From: an uncultured Bdellovibrionales bacterium
GTDB taxonomy: Bacteria > Patescibacteriota > Minisyncoccia > Moranbacterales > UBA1568
Direction: 5' to 3'
Assembly (NCBI GenBank): GCA_964384235.1
Contig: CAYLJX010000002.1
Location: forward strand, 114,660 to 178,659
DNA: 64,000 nt
Shown here: positions 26,946 to 36,270 of the stretch, piece by piece
Layout of the letters: every line of letters begins with the position of its first letter
Position numbering within the stretch: position 1 is the stretch's first letter
The notes under the pieces: model-generated
The model's input: the letters and a program-made list of their open reading frames with translations, nothing else
What the model was told of the DNA's origin: nothing
Database searches by the model: none
Translations under genes and position numbers: made by a program

Positions 26946-29900
26946 ATGTCATTCAAAAAAGTTCCGTCGCAGGTGAGTTTTCCGAAATTGGAGGAGGAGG
27001 TCCTCAAGTATTGGGAGGAGAACAAGATCTTCGAGAAGTCGGTGGAGAAAAATCCCGAGGACAAGACGTTCATTTTTTACGAAGGGCCGCCGACGGCTAA
27101 TGGCAAGCCGGGACTTCATCATGTCCTCGCACGCTCGTTCAAGGACATCATCCCGCGCTACAAGACGATGAAAGGTTATCGTGTCGAGCGCAAGGCCGGC
27201 TGGGACACGCACGGGTTGCCGGTGGAACTCCAGGTGGAAAAAGCACTCGGCCTCAGGAACAAACAGGACATCGAGAATATCGTGCCGGGCGATGCGCGGG
27301 CGAGTGTCATCGAGTTCAACAAGAAGTGCAAGGAATCCGTGTGGGAGTACCGCGACCTCTGGGAGAAGCTCACGCGGCGCATGGGTTATTGGGTCGATAT
27401 GGAACACCCGTACGTGACGTACGAGAACGAATACATCGAGTCGGTGTGGTGGCAGCTCGCGCAGGTCGCGGCACTGAAAAACGAGAAAGGGGAATCTTAT
27501 CTCTACAAGGGACACAAAGTCGTTCCGTACTGCTACCGCTGCGGAACAGCGCTCTCCTCGCACGAGGTGGCGCAGGGGTATCAGACTGTGAAGGATAATT
27601 CAGTGTATGTGAAATTCCAGTTAACAGCGAACAGCGAACAGAAAACGGAAAACAAGACATATCTTTTGGCATGGACCACTACGCCTTGGACTTTACCAGG
27701 AAACGCGGCTTTAGCTGTAAAAAAAGATGAAGTCAAATATATAACACTTGAAACTGAAGCTGATACGTCAAATTTAAAAAAAGGCGATCAAGTAGTCTTT
27801 GCTTTTACCCATGAGATATTAGGACGTGTTTTAGGTGATAATTTTAAGGAATTTCATAAGAGTAACCATGATTTATTGAATGCTGTTCCTGAGGCATACG
27901 AAACAGAAACCGGTGTGAGATATAAAGTTATAGGATTATGTGATGGGAATGAATTGTTAGGAAAACTATACGAACCTCTTTACGAAACCACAGGAAAAGA
28001 TGCGGAGAAATGTTACAGAGTGGTGGCGGGGGATTTCGTCACGACGACCGATGGTACGGGGATCGTGCACATCGCGCCGGCGTTCGGTGAGGATGATGCC
28101 AACGTCGGCAAGGAGAACGGTCTGCCGACGCTCCTGACTGTAGAGACGGACGGAACGCTCATGAAAGGTTTCGGTCTGCCGGGTGAGGGGATTCCGGTCA
28201 AGAAAAAGAACGACAAGAACCGCTATGCCGTGGACGATCTCATCATCGAGGACCTGAAACAGCGAGGACTGTTTTTCAATGAAGAAGTGTATGAGCATGA
28301 GTACCCGTTCTGCTGGCGTTGTGACACGCCGCTTATCTACTTCGCCAAGCCGTCGTGGTTCATCCGAATGGGTGAGCTTCGGGACGAACTCGTAAAGAAC
28401 AACGAGAGTATCACCTGGGTGCCGGAACATATCAAGGAAGGGCGCTTCGGCGAGTGGTTGCGCGGCGTGAAGGATTGGGCCATCTCACGTGAACGTTACT
28501 GGGGTACGCCGCTTCCCATTTGGGAATGTGACACGTGTGATACACGGAAAGTGATTTCTTCGACTGACGAACTGACGAAATTTTCCGGTAAGAAACTCGA
28601 AGATGTGCATAAGCCGTACATTGATGATGTGACGTGGTCATGCGAATGCGGTGGTACGATGAAACGGACGCCGGAAGTGCTCGACGTGTGGTTCGATTCC
28701 GGCGCGATGCCCTTGGCGCAGTTTACCTATCCGGAGCAGTCCGATGCGGTGGTCAAGGAAAAAATCGAATCCGGGAAATATTTCCCGGCGGACTATATCT
28801 GCGAGGCGATCGACCAGACGAGAGGGTGGTTCTATACGCTCCATGCCATCGCGACGCTTCTCAATAAGGCCGGGAAAGTGCCGGTAGGCAACGCCTACAA
28901 GAACGTCATCTGTCTCGGGCACGTGCTCGACGCGCAGGGCAAAAAGATGTCCAAGTCCAAGGGGAATGTCATCGATCCGTTCCAGATGTTTGAGGAATAC
29001 GGTGCCGATCCCTTGCGCTGGATGCTCTTCTCGATCAATCAGCCGGGACTACCGAAGCGTTTCGACGTGAAGGGGATGCGCGACGTGCAGAACCGCGTGT
29101 TCCGTATGCTCTGGAACTCGTACTCGTTCTTCATGACGTATGCGGCAATCGACGGTTGGCAGCCAAAAGCTACAAGCCACAAGCCACAAGCTACAAGCTT
29201 GCTCGACCGATGGATCGTTTCGGAATTACAGATGCTTATTAGGGGGGTCGATGGATCGCTTGCTGCTTATGATGTCTATACACCGACCAAGAAGATCGAG
29301 GTGTTCATTGATAATCTCTCCAATTGGTACATCCGTCGGAGCCGCGACCGCTTCTGGAAATCAGATGATGATACTGACAAGAACCAGGCATATCAGACGC
29401 TCTATGATGTGCTCGTGACGCTCTCGAAATTGATGGCCCCGTTCACGCCGTTCGTCGCCGAAGAAATCTATAGGGGATTAACAGGAAAAGAGTCCGTACA
29501 TCTCGCAGACTGGCCGGAGGCGGATGAAAAATTGATTGATGAAAACCTGAATGAAGAGATGCAACACGCCAGATTTATTGTGACGATGGGATTGAAAGTC
29601 CGCGCCGATGAAAAAATTAAAGTTCGTCAGCCACTTCAGAAAATAACAGCACGCCCGCTTGAGAAGGAACTGCAAGGAATTGTGTTGGATGAACTGAATG
29701 TGAAGGAATATGTCGAGCGTAAGGAAATGAACGAACTAGTTGAACTTGATCTGACTCCCAATGATGATCTTAGACTCGAGGGTGAGATGAATGAGATCAA
29801 CCGGGCAATCCAGGATGGCCGCAAGAAGGCGGAGTTTAATGTGGAGGACCGGATCGTACTCGGCTATCAGGGAAAGGAGGAAGTTTTTGAGAAGTTCGGT

Positions 29901-30020
29901 GATGAGATTGCAAAGAAAATCCTCGCGACGGAAGTAAAGAATGAAAATCTCACCGACGCCGAATACTCCGGAACGGTCGAAATCGAAGGAGAATCATTCT
30001 TGTTCTGGCTCAAACGGTAG
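26946..30020 (+). CDS. ileS: isoleucyl-tRNA synthetase
   Basis: PPTANGKPGLHHVLARSFKDI (HIGH-like region), KMSKSKGN, editing CP1 domain, 1024 aa. Confidence 0.9.
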   Translation: MSFKKVPSQVSFPKLEEEVLKYWEENKIFEKSVEKNPEDKTFIFYEGPPTANGKPGLHHVLARSFKDIIPRYKTMKGYRVERKAGWDTHGLPVELQVEKALGLRNKQDIENIVPGDARASVIEFNKKCKESVWEYRDLWEKLTRRMGYWVDMEHPYVTYENEYIESVWWQLAQVAALKNEKGESYLYKGHKVVPYCYRCGTALSSHEVAQGYQTVKDNSVYVKFQLTANSEQKTENKTYLLAWTTTPWTLPGNAALAVKKDEVKYITLETEADTSNLKKGDQVVFAFTHEILGRVLGDNFKEFHKSNHDLLNAVPEAYETETGVRYKVIGLCDGNELLGKLYEPLYETTGKDAEKCYRVVAGDFVTTTDGTGIVHIAPAFGEDDANVGKENGLPTLLTVETDGTLMKGFGLPGEGIPVKKKNDKNRYAVDDLIIEDLKQRGLFFNEEVYEHEYPFCWRCDTPLIYFAKPSWFIRMGELRDELVKNNESITWVPEHIKEGRFGEWLRGVKDWAISRERYWGTPLPIWECDTCDTRKVISSTDELTKFSGKKLEDVHKPYIDDVTWSCECGGTMKRTPEVLDVWFDSGAMPLAQFTYPEQSDAVVKEKIESGKYFPADYICEAIDQTRGWFYTLHAIATLLNKAGKVPVGNAYKNVICLGHVLDAQGKKMSKSKGNVIDPFQMFEEYGADPLRWMLFSINQPGLPKRFDVKGMRDVQNRVFRMLWNSYSFFMTYAAIDGWQPKATSHKPQATSLLDRWIVSELQMLIRGVDGSLAAYDVYTPTKKIEVFIDNLSNWYIRRSRDRFWKSDDDTDKNQAYQTLYDVLVTLSKLMAPFTPFVAEEIYRGLTGKESVHLADWPEADEKLIDENLNEEMQHARFIVTMGLKVRADEKIKVRQPLQKITARPLEKELQGIVLDELNVKEYVERKEMNELVELDLTPNDDLRLEGEMNEINRAIQDGRKKAEFNVEDRIVLGYQGKEEVFEKFGDEIAKKILATEVKNENLTDAEYSGTVEIEGESFLFWLKR

Positions 30021-30083
30021 AAAAGAAAAAAGACGGGCACGTTGGCTCGTCTGGTCATGGACCGAAAGGAAGAAAGGGTGATC

Positions 30084-30488
30084 TCAGGCGTTTGCCGAGA
30101 GATGAATTGTCATGGCTTCCCCGGTCGGTCTGAAGGCATGGAACTTCATGTTGAGAGTGACCGTGATTCGGAAGGAAGAAGTGCGAGAAGCCTTCTCACA
30201 GTATTCGATCAGATCCGCGACGCTGGTGATTGTCGTCAGTCTTATCTTGAACTGGTTCTCGTTTACATGGCGTACCGGGATCGTCGTCCCTCGGTGGCCG
30301 GGTCGCGGCTGGATGTAGAGTTCGGCTGTCGGGTTTGGTGATAGCGAGATACGTTTCAATCGTCCCTGCATGAACGCCATGGCGTGATCGGGATTGCTGT
30401 CCCTGAAGAGGGTCTTCTCACAGCTGGTCATCGGGTTCTTTTCTCTTACCTCATAAGGGCTTCCAGGGTCTTTTTTGGTAATGTACAT
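30084..30488 (-). CDS. hypothetical protein
   Basis: 134-aa ORF convergent with ileS. No motifs. Confidence 0.3.
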   Translation of the reverse strand: MYITKKDPGSPYEVREKNPMTSCEKTLFRDSNPDHAMAFMQGRLKRISLSPNPTAELYIQPRPGHRGTTIPVRHVNENQFKIRLTTITSVADLIEYCEKASRTSSFRITVTLNMKFHAFRPTGEAMTIHLSANA

Positions 30489-30559
30489 GATGACTCTCCT
30501 TTCGGTGACATCGGTTTGATGCTACCCTTCTTGTGTAAAATAACTTTCAGAAACTGTCA

Positions 30560-31282
30560 ATGGAACTCCGATATACCGCCGTCGTCTTGAGGAAAAAGGA
30601 GGTCGGGGAGACCGACCGGCTGTATACCTTGTACACGAAGGAGCAGGGGAAGGTGCAGGTGACGGGCAAGGGCGTGAGGAAGCCCGCGGCCAAGCTCGCC
30701 GGGCAGCTCGAGACGCTCACACAAGGACTCGTCATCGTGGAAAAAGGACGCGGCCGAGGACAGATCTCGGGCGCGCTCGCGGAGAACTATTTTTTCTCGG
30801 TCCGGAGCGATGTGGAGGCGCTTCGGCGTGTTTTGGAGACGACCGATATGTTCGAGCGCCTGGTCGGGTTCGACGAACCGGACGCGGAACTCTTTTCGCT
30901 TCTCCAGACATTCCTGGAACAAAGCGACGTACTCGCGGTGGAAGGAAAATCCGACAAAGTGACGCTCCTTTCGGAGGGATTTCTCTTTCAGTTGTTCGCG
31001 CATCTCGGGTACCGGATAGAGACGGGGGTGTGCGCGGTCTCGGGGGAGAAGCTCCGACCGGGCGGACGATACTTCTTCAGTCCTGACGCGGGAGGCATGG
31101 TCTCGGAGCGGTACGGTTCGCAGGCCAAGAGCGTCTTTCCCGTTCGGGAGAATACCGTCAAGCTCATCCGGCTGTTTCTCGGCAACCGTTTGGAAGCGCT
31201 CCCGCGCGTTCAGGCTGAGACAAAGGACTTGCGGGAGGTGTATCAGGTAGCGCAGCGATTCTATCAGTGGATCCTGAGGTAG
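30560..31282 (+). CDS. recO: DNA repair protein RecO
   Basis: N-terminal OB-fold pattern ...AVVLRKKEVGETDRLYTLYTKEQGKV..., Cys-containing C-terminal region CAVSGEKL, about 240 aa. Confidence 0.55.
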   Translation: MELRYTAVVLRKKEVGETDRLYTLYTKEQGKVQVTGKGVRKPAAKLAGQLETLTQGLVIVEKGRGRGQISGALAENYFFSVRSDVEALRRVLETTDMFERLVGFDEPDAELFSLLQTFLEQSDVLAVEGKSDKVTLLSEGFLFQLFAHLGYRIETGVCAVSGEKLRPGGRYFFSPDAGGMVSERYGSQAKSVFPVRENTVKLIRLFLGNRLEALPRVQAETKDLREVYQVAQRFYQWILR

Positions 31283-31391
31283 GGTTGACTTTTTAGCTGT
31301 TCGGAGGTATAACAGAGTACTGTCGTTTAACAATTGATTTGGCTCATCCAAGCCATATCCGGTTCCAACCTGGTTCAGAGAGGAGAGAAAC

Positions 31392-32345
31392 ATGAACCGA
31401 TTCTGGGAAAGTCCGCTGATGGTACCGATCGTGCTGTTTTCGGTGTTCATAGTCGTGGCGGCGTATCTGTTCCATCGTCCCGCTGTCTCGGCTGTGCCAG
31501 AGACACAGCGTATGGTCCAAGGCCCCGTCGCTCCGCTGGTGATTTCGATCACTGGCACCGGCAGGGACGGAAGCGAAAAGAAACACACGGTGCGGAAAGG
31601 GGACACCCTGACCAGACTGACGCTTCGCTTCTGCGGCAACCTCGGCGCGATGGCGGGTGTGATCCGTGACAACGGTATCAAAAACCCTCATCGTATATTC
31701 ATCGATCAATCGCTCACCTTCAAATGTGAGCATGCTGTTTCCCCGGAACAGGTAAAGAAAGAAAGTGCTTCTCCGGGGAAGTTCGCCAGCAGTGGTGGAG
31801 CTTCTCAGGACAAGCGTATTTCAAATTCTGTCCTGGAAAGGAAGCTTCGCTTCCGCCAAGAGCTCCTCGCTCGCTTGGATCTCGCGGATCCCGACTGCCT
31901 GTATGCGAAACACTCAGGCACGTGGAAGGTGAACACGCTCGCGCGCGTCGTCTGCATCCGCAAGAACTACGGCGAAACCATCGAGCGGGCGGCCAAGGAG
32001 CACAAGCTCCCGGTCAACCTGCTCTATGCCATCGTCCATCAGGAGTCCAAGGGACAGCCTGACGCCGTGTCACCCACCGGGTGCAAGGGCATCATGCAGT
32101 TCGAGAGTCGGACTGCCAGAGGCTATGGCGTCACGGACGTCTTCGATCCCTTCGTGAGCATACCGAAGGGAGCGCACGTCCTCGCGGACTACATGCGGTT
32201 CTGGAAGAACGACCTCGATCGAGGTATCGCTTCCTACAACGTCGGTCCCCGGATGGTCGGCACGCGAGGCTTCGATGCAGGCCGCTTCCCGTACACCGAG
32301 AGTGTGCGGCGAGTTTGGCGGCTCATCGATTCGATGCCAGGATGA
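31392..32345 (+). CDS. membrane-bound lytic transglycosylase with LysM domain (MltD-like)
   Basis: LysM HTVRKGDTLTRLTLRFCGN. SLT catalytic region LLYAIVHQESKGQPDAVSPTGCKGIMQF. Confidence 0.75.
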   Translation: MNRFWESPLMVPIVLFSVFIVVAAYLFHRPAVSAVPETQRMVQGPVAPLVISITGTGRDGSEKKHTVRKGDTLTRLTLRFCGNLGAMAGVIRDNGIKNPHRIFIDQSLTFKCEHAVSPEQVKKESASPGKFASSGGASQDKRISNSVLERKLRFRQELLARLDLADPDCLYAKHSGTWKVNTLARVVCIRKNYGETIERAAKEHKLPVNLLYAIVHQESKGQPDAVSPTGCKGIMQFESRTARGYGVTDVFDPFVSIPKGAHVLADYMRFWKNDLDRGIASYNVGPRMVGTRGFDAGRFPYTESVRRVWRLIDSMPG

Positions 32346-32504
32346 CCACGTATTTTCTCTGCCGGATAAAAAGGTGTTCCGCACGTACGAAAGTACGGCG
32401 AGGACATGGGTCAGGGAGAATGGAAAGAATTTTTAAGGGAATGTTCCCTTCAGCCCGTTACCGTGAGCGCATCGCGCCGGTAGCGGGTTTTCGTTTGTCT
32501 CGAC

Positions 32505-34487
32505 ATGCGTATTTTGGTAAAATACGGACACAAAACACAAACTTTCCCTTACGAATTTATGAGTCTACAAGAACTGAACGACGAGCTGCATGGACGCGAG
32601 GTGCACCGCCGCGTGCATGAGGCCATTCCCTACGATCCGGCGGTCGAACCGGAAAAACCGGAAGTGGTAGGACAATTCCAGACGACGGAAGAGTGGCAGA
32701 ATCCCGTTTTGGGGACGACGCCCGATACTCTTGCGGCGGAAGCGGAACAGGAAAGAAAGAAACGCCGATATATCGCCTTGGGACTCGGCGGTGTAGCACT
32801 CCTCCTGCTCTTGGTAGGGGCCGCTTGGAAGATCCACTCAATGATCTTCGACGAGGCGCGCGTTTCGGTCGCCATCGCCGGCCCCAAGAGCGTGGCGAGC
32901 GCCGAGACGGTAAGCTTCACTTTGAGCTATGGCAACGACAACTGGTCCTCGCTCGACGATGCGGTGCTGGTGCTCACGTATCCGGAATCCTTCCACCCGG
33001 AAGAGGACGGCAAGATCAAGGTGACGGGACTGCGGGCGGAAATCCCTGTGGGAGACATCAAGAGCAACAGTAACGGCAAAGTGGTCGTCTCCGGCAAGTT
33101 CTACGGCTCCAAGGGCGACCTCGGTTATCTCAAGGCGACACTTCAGTACCTGCCGACCAACGTGACGAGCCGTCTCGAGACATCGGCGCAGTTCGGGGTG
33201 AGTGTCGCTTCTTCGCCGCTCTCGCTCGAGCTCACCGCGCCGCAGGAGCTCGCTTCCGGTCAGGATGTCGAATACGTGATCGACTATGGCAACCAGAGCG
33301 GGATGCCGTTTTCCAACCTCCGGGTGAAGGTTGATTATCCGGCCGGCTTCCGATTCGTTTCGGCGGAGCCTCGTCCGAGCGAAGGGGAGGGCATGTGGAA
33401 TGTCGGTACGCTCTCCGGGAACGCTGGGAACAAGATCCGGATCCGCGGGACGCTTTCCGGCTCCCGTGACGAGCACAAGCGCGTGCATGCCCGGATCGGC
33501 TACGTCCAGGGCAACGGCAACTTCGTGGTCTACAGCGAGAACGAACGCTCTACCCGCATCATCGCTTCGCCACTCTCCATCTATCAGACGATGAACGGCG
33601 AGGTGGATGCGACCGCGACACCGGGAGACCTCCTGCAGTATGTCATCCGCTACCGGAACGACGGCAACATCGGCGTCCGCGACACGATCGTGACCTTCAT
33701 GGTCGATTCGCCGCTCCTCGACTATACCAAGCTCTCCCTCACGAAAGGCGCCTACGACCCTTCGCGCAAGATGATCGTATGGAAGGCTTCCGATATCCCG
33801 ACCCTGAGGAATCTCGAGCCCGGACAGGAAGGTCAGATCGAATTCTCCGTGCCGGTGCGTGCCGATGTCCAGGCGAGCGGGGAGACCAGGAATTTCTCCG
33901 TGCGTTCCGTCGCGACTATCGACAGTCCCGACGTGCCGACGCCCATCGGGTCCAACAAGATCATCTCGAGCAACACGCTCATCGTGAAGCTCTCCTCCCT
34001 CATCACGCTCGACCTCAAGGGATATTATGAGGACGCAGTCTTTCCCAATAGCGGTCCGGTGCCACCGGTGGTCGGACAGACGACCTCGTACACCATGCAC
34101 CTCAGGGTGACCAATTCCTCGAACGATATTCGGGACACGCGCGTTTCCATTGTGCTCCCGACGGGTATCAAGTATACTGGCAAAGTTTCGCCGGAGAGCG
34201 AGACGGTCCGTTTCAACGAACGTACGAGCGAGATTGTCTGGGAACTCGGATCGGTTGCGGCGGGCAGTGCCGGGACGAGAGAGCTGGTGTTCCAGGTTTC
34301 CACGACGCCGGACCCGAGCCTGACCGGCAAGGCGGTCGATCTCGTGAAATCGGTGACGTTCACGGCGGACGATCTCTTCACGAACAAGGAAATTCGCAAG
34401 GAAACGGGAACCAAGAACAACTATCTCGAGGAAGACAAGACGATCGCCGGCAAGACGAATCAGGTGCAACCGGCGCCAGCCTCATGA
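32505..34487 (+). CDS. large cell-surface protein with DUF11-type (conserved repeat domain) repeats, N-terminal TM anchor
   Basis: TM helix near aa 95-115. Multiple beta-rich repeats such as GQDVEYVIDYGNQSGMPFSNLRVKVDYPAGFRFVS and GDLLQYVIRYRNDGNIGVRDTIVT. Confidence 0.5.
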   Translation: MRILVKYGHKTQTFPYEFMSLQELNDELHGREVHRRVHEAIPYDPAVEPEKPEVVGQFQTTEEWQNPVLGTTPDTLAAEAEQERKKRRYIALGLGGVALLLLLVGAAWKIHSMIFDEARVSVAIAGPKSVASAETVSFTLSYGNDNWSSLDDAVLVLTYPESFHPEEDGKIKVTGLRAEIPVGDIKSNSNGKVVVSGKFYGSKGDLGYLKATLQYLPTNVTSRLETSAQFGVSVASSPLSLELTAPQELASGQDVEYVIDYGNQSGMPFSNLRVKVDYPAGFRFVSAEPRPSEGEGMWNVGTLSGNAGNKIRIRGTLSGSRDEHKRVHARIGYVQGNGNFVVYSENERSTRIIASPLSIYQTMNGEVDATATPGDLLQYVIRYRNDGNIGVRDTIVTFMVDSPLLDYTKLSLTKGAYDPSRKMIVWKASDIPTLRNLEPGQEGQIEFSVPVRADVQASGETRNFSVRSVATIDSPDVPTPIGSNKIISSNTLIVKLSSLITLDLKGYYEDAVFPNSGPVPPVVGQTTSYTMHLRVTNSSNDIRDTRVSIVLPTGIKYTGKVSPESETVRFNERTSEIVWELGSVAAGSAGTRELVFQVSTTPDPSLTGKAVDLVKSVTFTADDLFTNKEIRKETGTKNNYLEEDKTIAGKTNQVQPAPAS

Positions 34488-34491
34488 CACT

Positions 34492-35610
34492 ATGTGGGAA
34501 GAACAAGGAAGAACAGGAACCAAGCGTTACGGAATGTTGAAAACGAGGGGAGGAGTGATACCCACTCCTTTTTTCATGCCGGATGCGACGAGGGCGTCGG
34601 TGCGGGGACTTTCCAAGGACGATCTGAACACGGTCGGCGTATGGCCGATGGTGGTGAATACGTACCATCTCATGCTTCAGCCGGGCGTTGAATTGATCAA
34701 ACAAGCGGGAGGCACGCATCGTTTCATGAACTCTGACGGACCGCTCCTCTCTGATTCCGGCGGGTACCAGGTCTACTCGCTCATTCACAAGAATCCGGAA
34801 CTGGGAAAGATCACCGAAGAGGGGGCGGAGTTTCGCTCGCCTCTTGATGGTCGCAAGCATCTCCTGACGCCGGAGCGTTCCATCGGGATCCAGTTCGATC
34901 TCGGCGTCGACATGATGGTCTGTCTCGATGACCCGCGCCCCAATGATGCGCCACGGGAAGAGATCGTGGCCGCGGTGGACCGTACGATCCGCTGGGCGAA
35001 GCGGTGCAAGGAAGAGTACGACAGACAAGTGGTCGCGCGCGGAATGAATGATGAGGCAAGACCGCTCCTCTTCGGTGTGGTACAGGGCGGGATGCTCGTG
35101 GAAGAACGGAAGCGCTGTGCCGAGGGGCTGGTCGCGATCGGTTTCGACGGGTACGGTTTCGGTGGTCGGCATGTGGACGGTGACGGCCGATTTCTCGAGG
35201 AGATCGTCAGGGAGACCGCGTCGTTCATCCCGGAAGACAAACCGCGTTTCGCGCTCGGGGTCGGGACGCCTCAGGATATCGTGCGCTGCCATGCGCTCGG
35301 ATGGGACATGTTTGACTGCGTCATCCCCACCCGTGAAGGAAGACACGGCCGTTTGTTCGTGTTTAACCCACAAGCTACCAGCTACCAGCTACAAGCTGAT
35401 TTCTACGAAACGATCAATATCACGAACGAACAGTACAAGGATGACTTCGCGCCGGTGGATGCAGCATGCGATTGTCTCCTGTGTACGAAATACACCAAAG
35501 CGTATCTCAAACATCTTTTCAAAGTAGCTGACCCGCTCGCCGGCCGTCTCGCTTCGATGCACAACTTGCGCTTCTATATGAAGCTGATGGAAAAACTCCG
35601 GGAGGAGTAA
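34492..35610 (+). CDS. tgt: queuine tRNA-ribosyltransferase
   Basis: LGVGTPQDIVRCHALGWDMFDCVIPTREGRHG and C-terminal Zn site CDCLLC...H. Confidence 0.85.
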   Translation: MWEEQGRTGTKRYGMLKTRGGVIPTPFFMPDATRASVRGLSKDDLNTVGVWPMVVNTYHLMLQPGVELIKQAGGTHRFMNSDGPLLSDSGGYQVYSLIHKNPELGKITEEGAEFRSPLDGRKHLLTPERSIGIQFDLGVDMMVCLDDPRPNDAPREEIVAAVDRTIRWAKRCKEEYDRQVVARGMNDEARPLLFGVVQGGMLVEERKRCAEGLVAIGFDGYGFGGRHVDGDGRFLEEIVRETASFIPEDKPRFALGVGTPQDIVRCHALGWDMFDCVIPTREGRHGRLFVFNPQATSYQLQADFYETINITNEQYKDDFAPVDAACDCLLCTKYTKAYLKHLFKVADPLAGRLASMHNLRFYMKLMEKLREE

Positions 35611-35879
35611 TACTAAATCTCGAAGCTTCTCTTCCTTTTTCGAACATTATGCCTCGCTCGGTCACACGCACGATGAAGCCGTCGCTAGAAAACGAGCGTG
35701 ACGCGTGGCTTAGTTAGCAGGACAGCGAGTTTTGTCGACGGTGAGTCGATGCGTGTTCGAGGAGTCAGACGTGAGAAAAAGGAAGAGAAGCGGAGAGAAA
35801 TGGAGAAAAAGGATGGAATGAAAAAAGGCAGCCCGGAGGTTGCCTTCTCTTGGTTCGGTCTTTGCCGAGCTTATCGTTC

Positions 35880-36071
35880 TTACTTCACCCGCCACTCGTG
35901 CCCGCAGGAACAATGGGCAGTCACCGCGACGACCGCGTTGTTCTTACCGCGAACGTTTGTCGTTTGGACGCCGAAACGTCCGCAATTCGGGCAGGCGTTC
36001 AGGGGTTCCACCGTGAGCTGCTTCTTGAACGGCTTGAATGCCGTTACTACTCCCTTTGTGATTGCGTTCAC
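35880..36071 (-). CDS. small zinc-ribbon protein (63 aa; CPNCG...CSCGH), GTG start
   Basis: Four Cys in CxxC...CxC. Own terminator hairpin ggcagcccggaggttgcc plus U-run at about 35821-35844 on the minus strand. Confidence 0.4.
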   Translation of the reverse strand: MNAITKGVVTAFKPFKKQLTVEPLNACPNCGRFGVQTTNVRGKNNAVVAVTAHCSCGHEWRVK

Positions 36072-36270
36072 TTTTTATTACTCCTTCCTTGTTGACTGAT
36101 TTGTAGGTGGATGGCGGATAGGGCGGTCCCTATCCTTTTGTTAAAAAGCAGAGTGAAACGGTACAACTATGATATTATACTCTTAGTCAGGGGTTTTGTC
36201 AAGATTTGTGCTTTACAATCGCGTAATAAAAGGCTAAGATAAGGCATCTAACGGCTTTCCAATAACCACT

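Noticed and set aside
36127-36155. Hairpin ggataggg-cggt-ccctatcc followed by ttttgtt upstream of glyQS as a terminator or attenuator.
   Set aside because: No upstream plus-strand gene ends nearby and no T-box-like or other leader features. It could be incidental, so it is left unannotated.
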